Counted from the first letter of the stretch, positions 11,189 to 24,199 are shown. The stretch: 64,000 bases of DNA from Octopus sinensis (GCF_006345805.1 NC_043004.1:87420001-87484000); one strand, 5' to 3'. The notes: generated by a model from the sequence alone, not told the origin. Numbers and translations: made by a program.

Positions 11189-12940
11189 TTCTTCCAGTTT
11201 CCAACTACCAAATCCACTCAAGGCTATGGCTGGCCTGGGGCAAAGGTGCTATGCAGTGGGACTAAACTCAGAACCATGTGGCTGGGAAGCAATCTTCTCA
11301 CCACTCAGTCATGCCTCTGCCTATGTTGGGTTATCAAATAAATTTGCTTTCTTTCTTTCCTATTTGGTGCTCCATTATCATTTGTCGGAAGAAGTACAAT
11401 TTATTCAAATTTCAAAAATGATAAAATTTGTAGATAGAAATATTTTTGGTGTTAATTCAAATAACATTGGAAAACATTAAAATAAATGGAGAAAAAAAAA
11501 AAAACGGACAAGTTTATCTGACAGCTCAAATATAATAACTGAATGAAAGAATTAATCTCATGGATTAAAACAGTGCTGGCGAGGTAGTTAGAGACAGAAT
11601 ATTTAGAAAAGCCACATATCTGTCAGAGTGGTAGAATGACTATAAATTTGCAGTTATATGTTAGTAGAGGCTAGCAGCTCTTAACTAGGATTATCAACTT
11701 CAGAGTCTTGATTACAATAACTGCAAATTAACAAAGCCATACAATGAAAGAAACAAACAAACAGCAGTTAAGTTAGTGTTAACACATTTGCCACTGGGAG
11801 CATTATTAAAAATAATTGAGATGACAAAAATTACTCAAGGGACAAAATTGTTTTAATTTGACAAGTATGGGAGAATGCATATTTCAGTATTATCCTGGCC
11901 TCATCAGCAAAGAATAAGCTTCCATATTCCATATTTTGTACATTATTTACTTAAATATTATTGCATTACTACTCCAGTAAGAATAGTAAAGTTCATGCTT
12001 TAATGATCAGGTCACAATAATTCCAAAACATGTCCAGAGTTGTCCCTCATTTGTTATTTAAAGCATTATTATTTATTGGTCTCAGTACACAATTATTTCG
12101 AATTAGCTATTTAAAAATGCTTGCTCCCTGCATTAAACATGTTGATACTAATTTAACCTAATAATAAAGATCTTGACTATCAAATGGGATTTAAAGAATC
12201 TCAACAGCCATTTTGTTAGGGTACAAAACCAAAGTGGGGAAAAAAATGAATTTAGGAGAGTGGTCATCATTACTAAGTTGTGTTTAGAATATAAATTAGC
12301 AAGAATTTTTAATGTAAGGTCTTAATTTAGATTTTAAAATAGTAAGGCAGCCTCAGGTGTGTTGGTATTAAATGAGTTTAATGGGGACACAACTACCAGG
12401 TCTTCAACAACACCAAGAAGCAGCCTTTACACATATATATCAAGGAAACATTCACATTATTACTACATCCTTCTCACTCATAAGCAACTCACAACAAAAA
12501 CTTAGCTTGTGGCACCCATGCAGGTATGTGTGTGTGTGTATCTTTTTCAATTTTTGGCACAAGGCCAGCAAGTTTGGGGAATTGAGTAAGTCAGTTACAT
12601 TGACCCCAGTGTTCAAACAATATTTTATTGACTCCAAACGGATGAAAGGCAAAGTCCACCTTGGCAGTATACATATAATCCCTCTCTCTCTTTCGGAGAG
12701 GCACTGAGCAGCTATACGCACACATACACACACGGCAGTAACTTCCACCTACCGAATTCAATCACAAAGCTCCGGTCAGCTCGGGGCTATGGCGGAAGAC
12801 ACCTACCCAAAGTGCCACACAGTGGGACTGAACCCGAAACCATGTAGCTAGGAAGCAAGCTCCCTAACCACACAGCCATGCCACATATATAAACAAGGAG
12901 AAAGGAGTAAAAAGCTTGTTTTATTACATATACATATCTA

Positions 12941-13318
12941 TAGGTGCAGGAGTGGCTGTGTGGTAAGTAGCTTGCTAACCAACCACATGGTTCCGGGTTC
13001 AGTCCCACTGTGTGGCATGTTGGGCAAGTGTCTTCTGCTATAGCCTCGGGCCAACCAAAGCCTTGTGAGTGGATTTGGTAGATGGAAACTGAAAGAAGCC
13101 TGTCGTATATATGTATATATATGTATGTGTGTGTATATGTTTGTGTGTCTGTGTTTGTCCCCCTAGCATTGCTTGACAACCGATGCTGGTTCGGCAAAAG
13201 AGACCGATAGAATAAGTACTGGGCTTACAAAGAATAAGTCCCGGGGTCGATTTGCTCGACTAAAGGCGGTGCTCCTGTATGGCCACAGTCAAATGACTGA
13301 AACAAGTAAAAGAGAGAA
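12941..13318 (+). mobile_element. tRNA-derived SINE, family B
   Basis: 5' head with A-box-like TGGCTGTGTGG and B-box-like GGTTCAGTCCC, a central (TA/TG)n tract, and the 3' end ...gtcaaatgactgaaacaagtaaaagag. Other copies at about 4445-4839(-), 12745-12882(-), 16620-16770(-), 21950-22130(+), 30711-31073(-), 31230-31390(+), 48990-49334(-), 52860-53025(-), 56206-56610(+), 57120-57270(+) and 61030-61395(+). Confidence 0.85.
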
Positions 13319-15818
13319 TATATACATGTATGTTCTTTGGCCACTGTCTATCATCAATAATCATGAATGAGGGTCCTAGTTATCCACCCCACTGGAACAG
13401 CAGCATCTGGTCAGGTTCTATCTCTCCAGTAATGGGTTTTTTGATAGGATTCAAGCCTCTGCAGTATGTCCCCTTCCTTGCATCACTGATGGAACCTAAA
13501 GAAGAGCACGGGGTAACAATCTGGCACAATTGTTGCAAGAGTTACCAGGAGAAAATTGTTAGACAACATTGAACTGCCACAAGGGCACCGACTTTGGATA
13601 GTATCCAGTAGCAGGGCCCTGGTTTGGGCATTCCAGGGTTATGAGGAGTGTGGGACCAGCTCTTAGCCACTATTGTTCAGAGTTCTACTCAGGCCTAGAG
13701 TATTAACACCCATCAGGATCCCAGTTATGGGTTAATTAGTAAGTCAGTCAGGCAGATGAAGTTTGTTAGCCCAGGAAAGCAACCCATCTAGGAGGAGGAA
13801 AACCTTGATTCCATACTTACACTGCTTTGCAGCCATATGAAAGGCTTCAGGAGCAAATACACACACACACATCATCATCATCATCATCATCACCCAGTTA
13901 ATGTCAGTTTTCCAGGCTGTCTTGGGTTGAATAGTTTAACAGGAGCTGGCAATCTAAGGGACAGTAACAAACTCTATTGTCTGATTTGGTAGGGTTTTTA
14001 TGGTTGGATACCCTTTCTAACACCAGCCACTTTACAGAGTGTACTGGGTGTTTTCTTTTTTCTTTTTTTTTGTGGCACCAGAACTGGTAGGGTTACCAAG
14101 TAACTTGCAAGATAAAGACCCCTCAACCAGAGGAAGTAGTAGTGATGGAAGTCATTCTGTGCCAGTTGTGAGAGGTTAAGAAGTATAAATGAAGGATAAA
14201 AAAGAAAGGAGAGACAGAGTTAGAGAGAGAGGGTGGTGGTGATGGAGATGTGTTGGGACATACCCTCAAGGTATAGTGGAGGGTGTATAAAGATGAAGTG
14301 ATACAGAGGATGAAACTGGATGGGAGTGGGGTAGGGAGATAAAGGGGGAAGTTTTATAGGGGTGTGAGAAGAGGTGGTTGTAGCAACTGATGGTGAGAGT
14401 AACAGGGGTGGTTATGGTCTATTCTCATGGGTATTGACAGTGATAGTAGATAAGAGGTGTTAGGGATGGAGTATAACAGAGAAAGAGAGAGAGAGAATGT
14501 AATGACTGAAGGTACAGAATTGCTCTCTCTCTCTCTCCTCTCCTCTACTCCATCCCTAACACCTTATTTATTATCATTTGACACCCTTGTATCTACCATA
14601 TATGTGTGTATGAAAATGAACTGTAGCTGTGGTCGTTGCTGGTGTCATGTTAATGACACCCATTCCAGTGGCACATAAAAGCACCCATTACACTACTAAA
14701 GTAGTTGGTGTTAGGGAGGGCATCCAGCTGTAGAAACCATGTCTGGAGCCTGGTGCAGCTCTCTGGCTCACCAGTTCCAGTCAAACCATCTAACCCATGC
14801 CAGTATGGAGAATGGATGTTAAATGAGGATGATGATATATTATATATACATATATATTGTAATGAGTGAACAAGTGTTAGTTACAGGTTTCTAATGCATC
14901 AATTGCTGTTTCACTATAAGAGTGACAAGGGAGTGTAGAATAAGTGTTGCAAAGGACACATTTCACAAAGCAAGAGTTTTTCAGTTTTCTTGCTGAGATT
15001 TACATCTTTTAGCAAATGATATGTGTTCACATACATACATTCATGATAGGTTTCCTTGGAGTTTACATCCACTAAATTCTAATCACAAGGTATTGCTCAA
15101 ACTGAAGTTTTGACAGAAGACATTTGTCTGAAGTTCAATATAGTGAGATTGAACCCAGATCCTTTTGATAGTGGAGTAAATTTTGTAAACTACATACCCA
15201 CACCTGCTTCCATTATCTATCTATATATCTATATAACAAAGCCAAAATCTACATCTTCAATGCCAGAAATTACTTCATATCTGAGCTGCTGCTGACTCTC
15301 TATAGAATGTACAAGTGCAGCCAACGCTAGAGTACTGTCTCATGCCTGGGAAGGAACAGCTGCTACACACATAAACATCGTAGATAACACAAAAAGAAAA
15401 AATGCCATCCAACTGAATGACAAGCATTCATTCGCATATTACAACCACTTGCACACCAAAGCACTCAAAACACCCCCCACTACTCTTCTTCATCTATCAT
15501 TACTACAATGGTTTCTCCAATTTTCTGAACTAGCAGGCTGTGTGTATCAGCACCACCGAAGCTCACTCTGTTTATCAACCATTTCCTCTTTTTGTTATTT
15601 GTAACTGTGTTTCTCCACAAAAGCTCAAACAGACACTTTATCTAAACTGCTCTTCCCAGAAATGAAACCCTCTGCAGCTCCCTCCTTGCACATATTTTCT
15701 AATGGGCATCTGCCTAACTTCAACCATACCAGTGTGATATGGCATATAAAAGTTATGACTACTCTCTTTACTGCTATGAACAAAAATGCAGTATACCAAA
15801 ACCCACATTCACATATAC

Positions 15819-16098
15819 TGCCAGCGCCGCCTTGACTGGCTTCCGTGCCGGTGGCACGTTAAAAGCACCAACCGATCATGGCCGATGCCAGACTCCCCTG
15901 GCACCTGTGCTGGTGGCACGTAAAAAGCAGCCACTACACTCGCGGAGTGGTTGGCGTTAGGAAGGGCATCCAGCTGTAGAAACACTGCCAAATCAGACTG
16001 GAGCCTGGTGCAGCCCCTGGCTTCCCAGACCCCGGTCGAACCATCAACCCGTGCTAGCGCAGAAAACAGACGTTAGACGATGATGATGATGATGATGA
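15819..16098 (+). mobile_element. SINE family A, young copy
   Basis: Nearly identical to 261-538; the parallel spurious ORFs 183..431 and 15809..15991 reflect this. Confidence 0.85.
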
Positions 16099-16102
16099 TA
16101 CA

Positions 16103-16320
16103 CACGAGGGGGTGCCGAAATTTCCTGGCTTTGACTAAAAGAAAGTACAAGCGGATCAGTTAATTATGATTTTATTCAACATATTCCTCTCTCAGATTCA
16201 CACACATATTGCAGTGATCCTTCAGTTTTTCTAAGCCCTTTAAAAAAACTTGGATGGTTGGGCCTCCAACAAGGTTTTTTTGTGATACTTTTAAAGCCAA
16301 GAACTTTTCAGTACCTCATG
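16103..16320. mobile_element. Degenerate mariner-type MITE
   Basis: Ends CGAGGGGGTGCCGAAATTTCCTGGCTTT and AAAGCCAAGAACTTTTCAGTACCTCATG are imperfect inverted repeats. Confidence 0.55.
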
Positions 16321-16793
16321 TGTGTATATATATATATCTCACAGCAGCAGCAGTGTTTTAATGTCCTCTTTTCTATGCTTGTATGAGTTGGATGGTAGTT
16401 TCTGAGATGGATTTTCTTTGGTTGGATGCCCTTCCTGTCACTAACTCTCACCTGTTTCCAGGTAAAGTTATATTTCCAATGACCAGACATGTTTTGATGG
16501 AAGATTGGAAATGAATATTCCCCCACTTGCATGAGAGTGACACTTGTTTACAGCATCGCATAATGTCAAGGCAAGGAGACAGTAGTGTACGTGAGCACAC
16601 ACACACATAATACATATATACTACAGGCTTCTTTCAGTTTCCATCGACGAAATCTACTCACAAGGCTTTGATTGACTTGAGGTTATAGTAGAAGACATTT
16701 GCCCAAGATGCCACACATTGGGATTAAAGCCATAACTATGTGGTTGAGAAGCAAACTTCTTAACACAGTCATAGATAGACAGACAGACAAATA

Positions 16794-17313
16794 TCATCAT
16801 CATCATCATCATCATCATTTAGCGTCCGTTCTCCATGCTAGCATGGGTTGGACGGTTCAACTGGGGTCTGTGAAGATGGAAGGCTTCATCAGGCCCAGTC
16901 AGATCTGGCAGTGTTTCTATGGCTGGATGCCCTTCCTAACGCCAACCACTCCGTGAGTGTAGTGGGTGCTTTTTACGTGCCACCTGCACAGGTGCCAGAC
17001 AGAGCTGGCAAACGGCCACGAACGGATGGTGCTTTTACGTGCCACCAACATGGGGGCCAGACAGAGCTGGCAAACGGCCACGAAACGGATGGTGCTTTTA
17101 CGTGTCACCGGCACGGGGGCTAGGCGAGGCTGGCAACGGGCACGAACGGATGGTGCTTTTACATGCCACCGACACGGGGGCCAGACAGGGCTGGCAAATG
17201 GCCACGAACGGATGGTGTTTTTACGTGTCACCGGCACGGGGGCCAGGCGAGGCTGGCAACGGACACGAACGGATGGTGCTTTTACATGTCACCGACATGG
17301 GGGCCAGACAGGG

Positions 17314-17315
<2 letters not shown>
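16794..17315 (-). mobile_element. SINE family A copy with an internal tandem array of about 60-bp units
   Basis: Family A 3' end followed by about 6 units of ggtgcttttacgtg(c/t)cacc...ggggccag...ggctggcaa...cacgaacggat. Confidence 0.85.
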
Positions 17316-17393
<78 letters not shown>

Positions 17394-17677
17394 CTATGGA
17401 AGCATTACTAATAGCAGAATACAAGACTAAATCAAACACACAGATACATTACATGTAAAAAATATATAATTGCATGAAATCTACAAGGATTTATCATTAT
17501 ATACTTTGAAATCCAGAGTTGAGGGTTTTATCAGTTATAAAATTACTCCCAAGACTCTTTATGACTTACTGCATTTACCAGGAAACTTGAAGCCAGTACA
17601 AAATATATTACAAAAGCGCATTACTTACATATCTGAAAAAAAAAAGCTACAAGAGGCATTATTTGTGGTCTACTTAC

Positions 17678-17808
17678 TTATCATCCTCATCTATGTCATT
17701 CATTTTGGTGACTGAATAAGAAACTGATGGCTCTAAACTGACATGGTCCATGAATATTGGACCTGGGGTAATATTTTGGATCTGTGCTTCTAAGTAAACT
17801 TCATCTGA
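17678..17808 (-). CDS. TRAPPC13: TRAPPC13 exon, [43 protein letters not shown](K)
   Basis: tttttcttttacag| acceptor and |gtaagt donor; 131 nt, phase 0 to 2. Matches DEVFLEAQIQN...PMFMEKVSLEPS. Confidence 0.95.
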
Positions 17809-19204
17809 CTGTAAAAGAAAAAGACAAATATGAAAAAATTTATTTGAATAAGATTTTGATTAGATAACAAATAAAAGTATCAAGGAAAAGACAATATTGG
17901 CAGTAAAGATAAAGAATGTAAAACGAGAATTTCATTTTAATTATCTGTTTAACCATTCCATGACCATATTTCTAAAGAAATACACAGTTCTAGGTTTTAG
18001 TTGATTCTTAAAATAAAGAATTTGAAAGAGCTTAGTAGAATAGGTAACCTTGTAACACAACAAAAAATTCTCATGTCAAATTATGATCGAAGGTTTTAAT
18101 ATAAATGTTTTAAAAAATACAGTCTTATATCATAGAACTAGGACTAATCTGGGGTGAGCAAGTATAAAAAGGGTTAAAATAGTAATGGTAACTTCTGATA
18201 TACAACTAGCATATCATAGGTCAAGAGCGGTCAGTGTGGAATCACAAGACTAAATGATGCCAGAAAACCACAGGATCATGATGGAGCTATGGGTGCAGAA
18301 ACAAAAGTAATGAAACTAGCAATATAGGGCAAAATCCCCAGCAATTTATACTTGTCTAATTAAGAAACATCTGAGAGCTTTCTTCACTAAAGAACTATGC
18401 AAATTCAGGTACAAATTAAAATAACCCCGAAAAAAATTAATAGTTTACTAATTAGTAATACCATTAAATCAAATTTCCTATGACTATTGAATAATAAATT
18501 ATAGTTTAATTTTGACTGAAAACATATTTTTAAACAAATATCAAAACATCTTTCATGAGTTTCTGGGGGAAATCAGCTATTTTGGAAAAACAAAACAAAA
18601 TTACTCTGGCTTTAAATGTATTGGTTTTAATGAAACCATTCTTTCACTGGTTAGTTTTTTGGACACAGCCAGTCCATATTTTGACTAAGCATTTACAAAG
18701 ATTCTTCAATGTTGATTGTGGGTATTCATCTAATCAATCATCAAGTAACTAAACATGTTTATGTTCTATCTTCTTTACTTTGTCATGGTCACTTCCATGG
18801 TGCAAATGTGATGCATGATCTGTGTGCACTCCATTATATACTGTTGCCTTCTTAACATGTGCTGCAGCAATGGATTCCTGACCTTCTTCTGGTTTAGTGG
18901 CAAACTGTAAAAACCTATAAGTTTCAAGTGCAGACCTTTTATAAGCCTCTTCCCTTCTGCTCCCTGCTTGCTTCTCTGTTTAACATCTCATGAAATTGTA
19001 GTACTTGTAGGTTTGAGTCAAATGTTGAAATGAATTCAGTTTTAAAATGTAGTGGCTTTGTACTAATCATCAAACCCCCTTGAGGATGTAAGGATGCTGA
19101 TTCCAGATTTCAGTAAACTTAATTGAAGAGGTTTATATGTTCCTGTACCTTTCTCAAAGGTAGTGTTGTAGGTTTGCTGATATCAAATCTGCACAAATGA
19201 GAAC

Positions 19205-19440
19205 AAGTTAGAGATCTGGCAGAATTGTTAGCACACCTGCTGAAATGCTTAGTGGTATTTCATCTGCTGTTATGTTCTGAGTTCAAATTCTGCTGAGGTC
19301 GGCTATGCCTTTCATCCTTTTGGGGTCCATTAAATAAATACCAGTTATGCACTAGGGTCAATGTAATCGACTTAATCCCTTTGTCTGTTCTTGTTTGTCC
19401 CCTCTATGTTTAGCTCCCTGTAGGCAATAAAGAACTAAGA
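19205..19440 (+). mobile_element. Third SINE-like family (ctggcagaattgttagca...ctgagttcaaattctgctgaggtc...); related copies at about 3625-3700 and 52228-52372
   Basis: Recurs in the window; B-box-like GAGTTCAAATTC. Confidence 0.6.
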
Positions 19441-19798
19441 GAGAATTTCTGCAGAAAATCGTCTTCTTAAAATTTAAAGGATTTTCAACAGATCACTTGT
19501 GGTGTGTGCATGTAAAATAATAGAAACAATATTATTGTTTGCCACTAAAATTTAGCAAAGCATAAATTTTTACAGAAATCATTTCAACAGACATACAGTG
19601 TGAATATAGATTGATTTGATTTATGTGTGTTCCTCCTATCAACCAGATCAAATGTTCAAACAGATCAATGCTACCTTCACAATAGTAAGGTTTGATTTTC
19701 ATTTAATATTATAATCACTGTCCATGTGCTTCTGTGTAATTAGCAATAGTAAAATTATTACTTTATAGCACATTTTTTTGTTGGTCAGTGCCATCTCC

Positions 19799-20921
19799 CA
19801 CATACTATGGAGTGTTGCACAGCTGCAGTGAGCAGAAGGTAAAATAATTAATGAATTTAACTATCCAACATTTTTTTCTCTCCAGACTCCACAGCTAATT
19901 CTAAAGAACTGCCAGTAGCCAATCGCTTTGTGTTGTAAGATAATCCAGATACTAATATATAGAAATATATAGTAAACAATTGTAAACATTATCCTTAATA
20001 TTCTTTCCTTATCTAGCAACAAAATGGGAGAGTTACAGATTTATTCTATCTTGTTTCACTTTCATATAAACAATAGGTGAAACAATGGCCAATGTTCTGG
20101 TCATTTTTGTGAAAAGTCATGGTTTATTTGTTGTTTGAGAATGGAAAGCTCCATCACAGATCATTTTTCTTTATTCATAGAGTGAAATAACATGGTTAAA
20201 AACCAGTTGTGTATTATTGTTCAGTTTGAATAATACTCCAGCCAAACTGCAGCACTGTGTCCTGAATAAGGCTCTGATAATTCACCTGCCTCTAATATCT
20301 GACAATATCACAAAAAAGAAAATAAATGAGAGAGAAGAGAAAGATTTTGTTGATGGATTTTAGCAAATGGTTAGATGGTTCACAGTGATTGGATGAAGAT
20401 ATAGGGCAAGAGGAACTTCAATATAAACACTCAGCTAAGGTTTGCTCCACTTCCTGACAGAAACTGTATTGATCTGATATAACCATTTCTGATATGCTAA
20501 CACTCATGGTTTATGGCTATGCACTAGGTTGGGATTCTTTCAGAGGGGAGGCATAAAAAATAGGAAGGAAAAGATGAAAATGTAAAAAAAACCCATCAAA
20601 ACAAATTAAAGCAACAACAACAAAAAAAAAAAAAGAAAAAACACCATTGTTTATATGAAAGTGAAACAAGATAGAATAAATCTGTAACTCTCCCATTTTG
20701 CTGCTAGATAAGGAAAGAATATTAAGGATAATGTTTACAATTGTTTACTATATATTTCTATATATTAGTATTTGGATTATCTTACAACACAAAGCCATTG
20801 GCTACTGGCAGTTCTTTAGAGTTAGCTGTGGAGTCTGGAGAGAAAAAAATGTTGGATAGTTAAATTCATTAATTATTTTACCTTCTGCTCACTCCAGCTG
20901 TGCAACACTCCTTAGTATGTG
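19799..20921. repeat. Long near-perfect inverted repeat: arms 19799-20074 and 20646-20921, spacer about 570 bp
   Basis: Base-by-base comparison of about 276-bp arms gave about 6 mismatches by eye. Looser pairing extends to about 19773 and 20948. Confidence 0.95.
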
Positions 20922-22572
20922 AATGTTGGCACTGACAGAAACAAAAAATTACAAAAATATAGAAGGAAGAAATATAACTATTATTATTATTATTATTGTT
21001 GCTGTTGTTGTAATGAGGATGAAGTTGATGATGACAGGCATGTGTGATATATTTTCTGATTATATATATATATATATATATATAGTACAATATATTTTCA
21101 AGCAAATGGAATCTGTTTTCCCTCCTAGATTGAATAACCATCCCTTATGAAGTCATTGCTCTTGGTAAATGTCATAAAAGTGTTAAGATTTTATCGCCTG
21201 TATAGATTATAGTAGTTATTATAACTTGCTATTACTTTTGCTTTTCTTCAGAATCTATGATAATTATGTTTAAAGCAGAGAGAAAATGCAGTAAAAAAAA
21301 AAATGACTTTAACACCTGGAGCACGTACAAGATGTAATTATGTATAAATAACTGGAATGGGACCTAACATTGTTTATTGGAAAGTGCTAAAAAGGGGAAC
21401 TTATGTGTGTGTATGTGTGTGTGTGTGAGAGTGTGTGTGTTATCTCCTACAGAGACATGACAGGCAGACACATATTCTTTGAGAGATACAAGAAATCTAA
21501 ATTAGTGAAGGCATATGTTCCAAGAGATCAACATTAATGTATACAAAAGAAGTATGGAAAGAGGTGTTGATTTCAATAAAAATAATAGCTGATGGAGCAG
21601 GGTAAAGGTGGGAATGAGTTTCAAGCAAATGAGAGACAATCACACTTTTGATTACAATCCAAAACTGATGTTGCCGTCAACCATACACTCACTATTTTTA
21701 CATTAGGAAAACTGCACATAAAAGTCCTTTAACACCTTTATAGTTATCTGTTTCCTATGCCATCAAATATTAACTCTTTCAAGGCCCTAGTAATACTATG
21801 AATCATTATTAAAACTATATGAAACTTTTATCACAAGACTGCAATTTCAAAAGTGCACTCTAATTGTACGTTTATTCATTTAGCAGAATTCAATTCTGCA
21901 GATGTCTGAACAAGCCCTAGATTTTGTTCAATATTTTATTAGTCAAATCTGGTTTAAAAACATTCCTTCCCAACCATATAGTTTCAAATTCAGTCTCATT
22001 GCATGTGGTGCCTTTAGCAAGTGTCTTTTACTATAGTTCCGAGTCAACAAAAACCTTGTGAGTGGATTTGGTAGATGGAAAATGAAAGAAACTTGTGTGC
22101 TTGTTTGTGTTCCTTTTGCCTTGACATTGTATGTACTCTCAGAATAACACAAAGAAATAGAAAAGCATTTAGTCAAAACTTGGTAATGGCTTTAAATGGT
22201 AATTACACACATACACCACAGGCACCTTCAGAGTTTCTATCAACCAATTTCATTCACAAGTTATCAGTTAACCTGAGGTTATAGTAGAAAACACTTGCCC
22301 AAGGTGCTATGCAGTATGACAGAGCTCCAAACCATGCCACTCTGTAACCATATAACCATGCCAGCACCAAATAGTAGTCAGAAAGGGCCAACAAGAAGTA
22401 ATCATTCCTATGAATGTGTTCTATTTTCTTGAAACTTTATACTTGAATCAGAACAACTTGTTTGGAAACAACACAACTTATCACAAGATACGTTAATCAA
22501 GACTTCCTTTTCTGATTCTGGTGTCATGTAGATATTTTGAATTTATTTAAAAGATATAGAGTTGAAACACCA

Positions 22573-22791
22573 TTAACCCTCTTGATACAAAATGCCTGAA
22601 ATCACTCCTGGTTCTATGATAACACATTTCCTGTTCTAAATTAAAATCTTCCACCAAAATTTCCAGTTAATTTATGTTGCAACACTAGCTTAACAAGAAC
22701 AAAGCTATTTTACTGACTTCTTCATTATTTTCAGAATTAGTTGAAACAAATCTATTGTATTTCAATAGAAATATGGTAACAAAAAGGTTAA
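22573..22791. mobile_element. piggyBac-type MITE; related copies at about 9324-9491 and 17949-18177
   Basis: TTAA-CC... / ...GG-TTAA ends. The right half (gtatttcaatagaaatatggtaacaaaaaggttaa) resembles the right end of the 5171-6434 element. Confidence 0.6.
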
Positions 22792-23717
22792 TATATGTAA
22801 TCATTATTGAAGACAGACCTGTTGTGTTTGTGATAATTTATCCAGGTTTCAAATTTACGAAAATTGATATTAAGATATTATCGTAAAAAAAAAAAAAGAG
22901 AAATTATAATTCAAAGTCACAAATAAAAATATCAAAACCTTTTCAACACCAGATATCAGATATTCCATTCTATTTGATAAAAATGAATAGATCCAAGCTT
23001 ATTAACAACAAAGTGAATAAAGGTAATCTAAAAACTATTCTAAGTAAAGCTATGTAAGGAGATAAATAAACAAACGAAAATTGACAGTATTTTCAAGAGA
23101 ACTAGAATACAAATAATCTAGTTTTGACTGAGTCTTGATTATTTTTTGTTTAATAAAACAATGTCTTCTTGAGAAAATGCATCTTGCGAAACATCGAATT
23201 AAGCAAAAGACTTCCAAATTAAATAACTATGAAGCAGTTCTGGAAATATACTTTTCTCCTTGATGCATGTAACTATTATTTGAGAAACAAGGTTTGTGGG
23301 ATAGCATGGATTGTTAGTATATTTGTTATTGATCTTGGTGAAAGGCAATGTTGATGTTGAGTGAGGCAAAAACGAATGATGTGCAATGTTAGAACTGCCA
23401 CGGTTGAAGTAGGAACATCATTTGAGAAACAATCCATCAACGATATTAAGATGGAAAAATGAACAAAGAACAAAGGTCTAATTGAACATTGTGTTCAGAA
23501 AACTCTAGATAATGGAGATTCTGTTTTTGTTTTCTTTACAACACATTTAAGAATAAATTGAAAAACATAAAAAACAAAAAAAGTAAAAAAAAAAATAAAA
23601 GATTCTTTCGAATGACTTTAATCTTTATTGAGTTAGATATTACATTATTATCAATTCTACATCGTATTGAAGCCATTTAATCAATCAAATGAAACTCAAA
23701 GTAAAAGTGGTGGCAAA

Positions 23718-23835
23718 TACGACGACGACGACGATGATGATAATGATAATGATGATGACAATGATGATGACGACAATGATGATAATGACAATAATGATGA
23801 TGACAACAACGAGGATGATGATGATGGTGGTGGTA
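23718..23835. repeat. Imperfect (GAT/GAC/AAT)n trinucleotide microsatellite
   Basis: Seen directly; it produces the poly-D, poly-H and poly-M ORFs. Confidence 0.9.
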
Positions 23836-24199
23836 ACAGTACAGCTGCCACAACCACTGCCAACACCACACCACCGCTATTATCATTAGCATTATTGTTT
23901 TTATGTCCTCAAAAGTAATAATAATTATGTTTTATCATTTCTAAATTAGTAATTAAAACATTCTAATATTCCAGGGAATTTTCAACTAGTTCTATGTTAG
24001 TTTGCACAGTTTTATCTATTTGATATAGCAATCTGTGAGCTGCAGCATCACAGGTTACTGGTTTCCAATGAGTCAATAACTGGTGTATGGCATTGTTAAC
24101 AAGAGTAACAAAGAAAATCTGTGTCTCAGCAAAAAATGAAACATTGCTTGGCTGTTGATTGACTGATTTGTTGGGTTACTGGTCCCTAAGATTACAATG

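Noticed and set aside
12941-13020. tRNA gene
   Set aside because: A/B-box-like motifs are present but there is no cloverleaf; it is the head of a multi-copy SINE.
16917-17439. Cluster of overlapping ORFs of 60-154 aa, or a CRISPR-like array
   Set aside because: A GC-rich tandem repeat inside a SINE plus (TA)n. There are no unique spacers or cas genes, and the context is eukaryotic.
19886-19938. Apparent alternative last exon of SGT on + (tttttttctctccag|, phase 1, DSTANSKELPVANRFVL*)
   Set aside because: It lies inside the left arm of the long inverted repeat, would require SGT to read through five antisense TRAPPC13 exons, and a good terminal exon already exists at 7207. It is not excluded without RNA data.
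23667-23918. Poly-Asp, poly-His and poly-Met ORFs
   Set aside because: Translations of a trinucleotide microsatellite.
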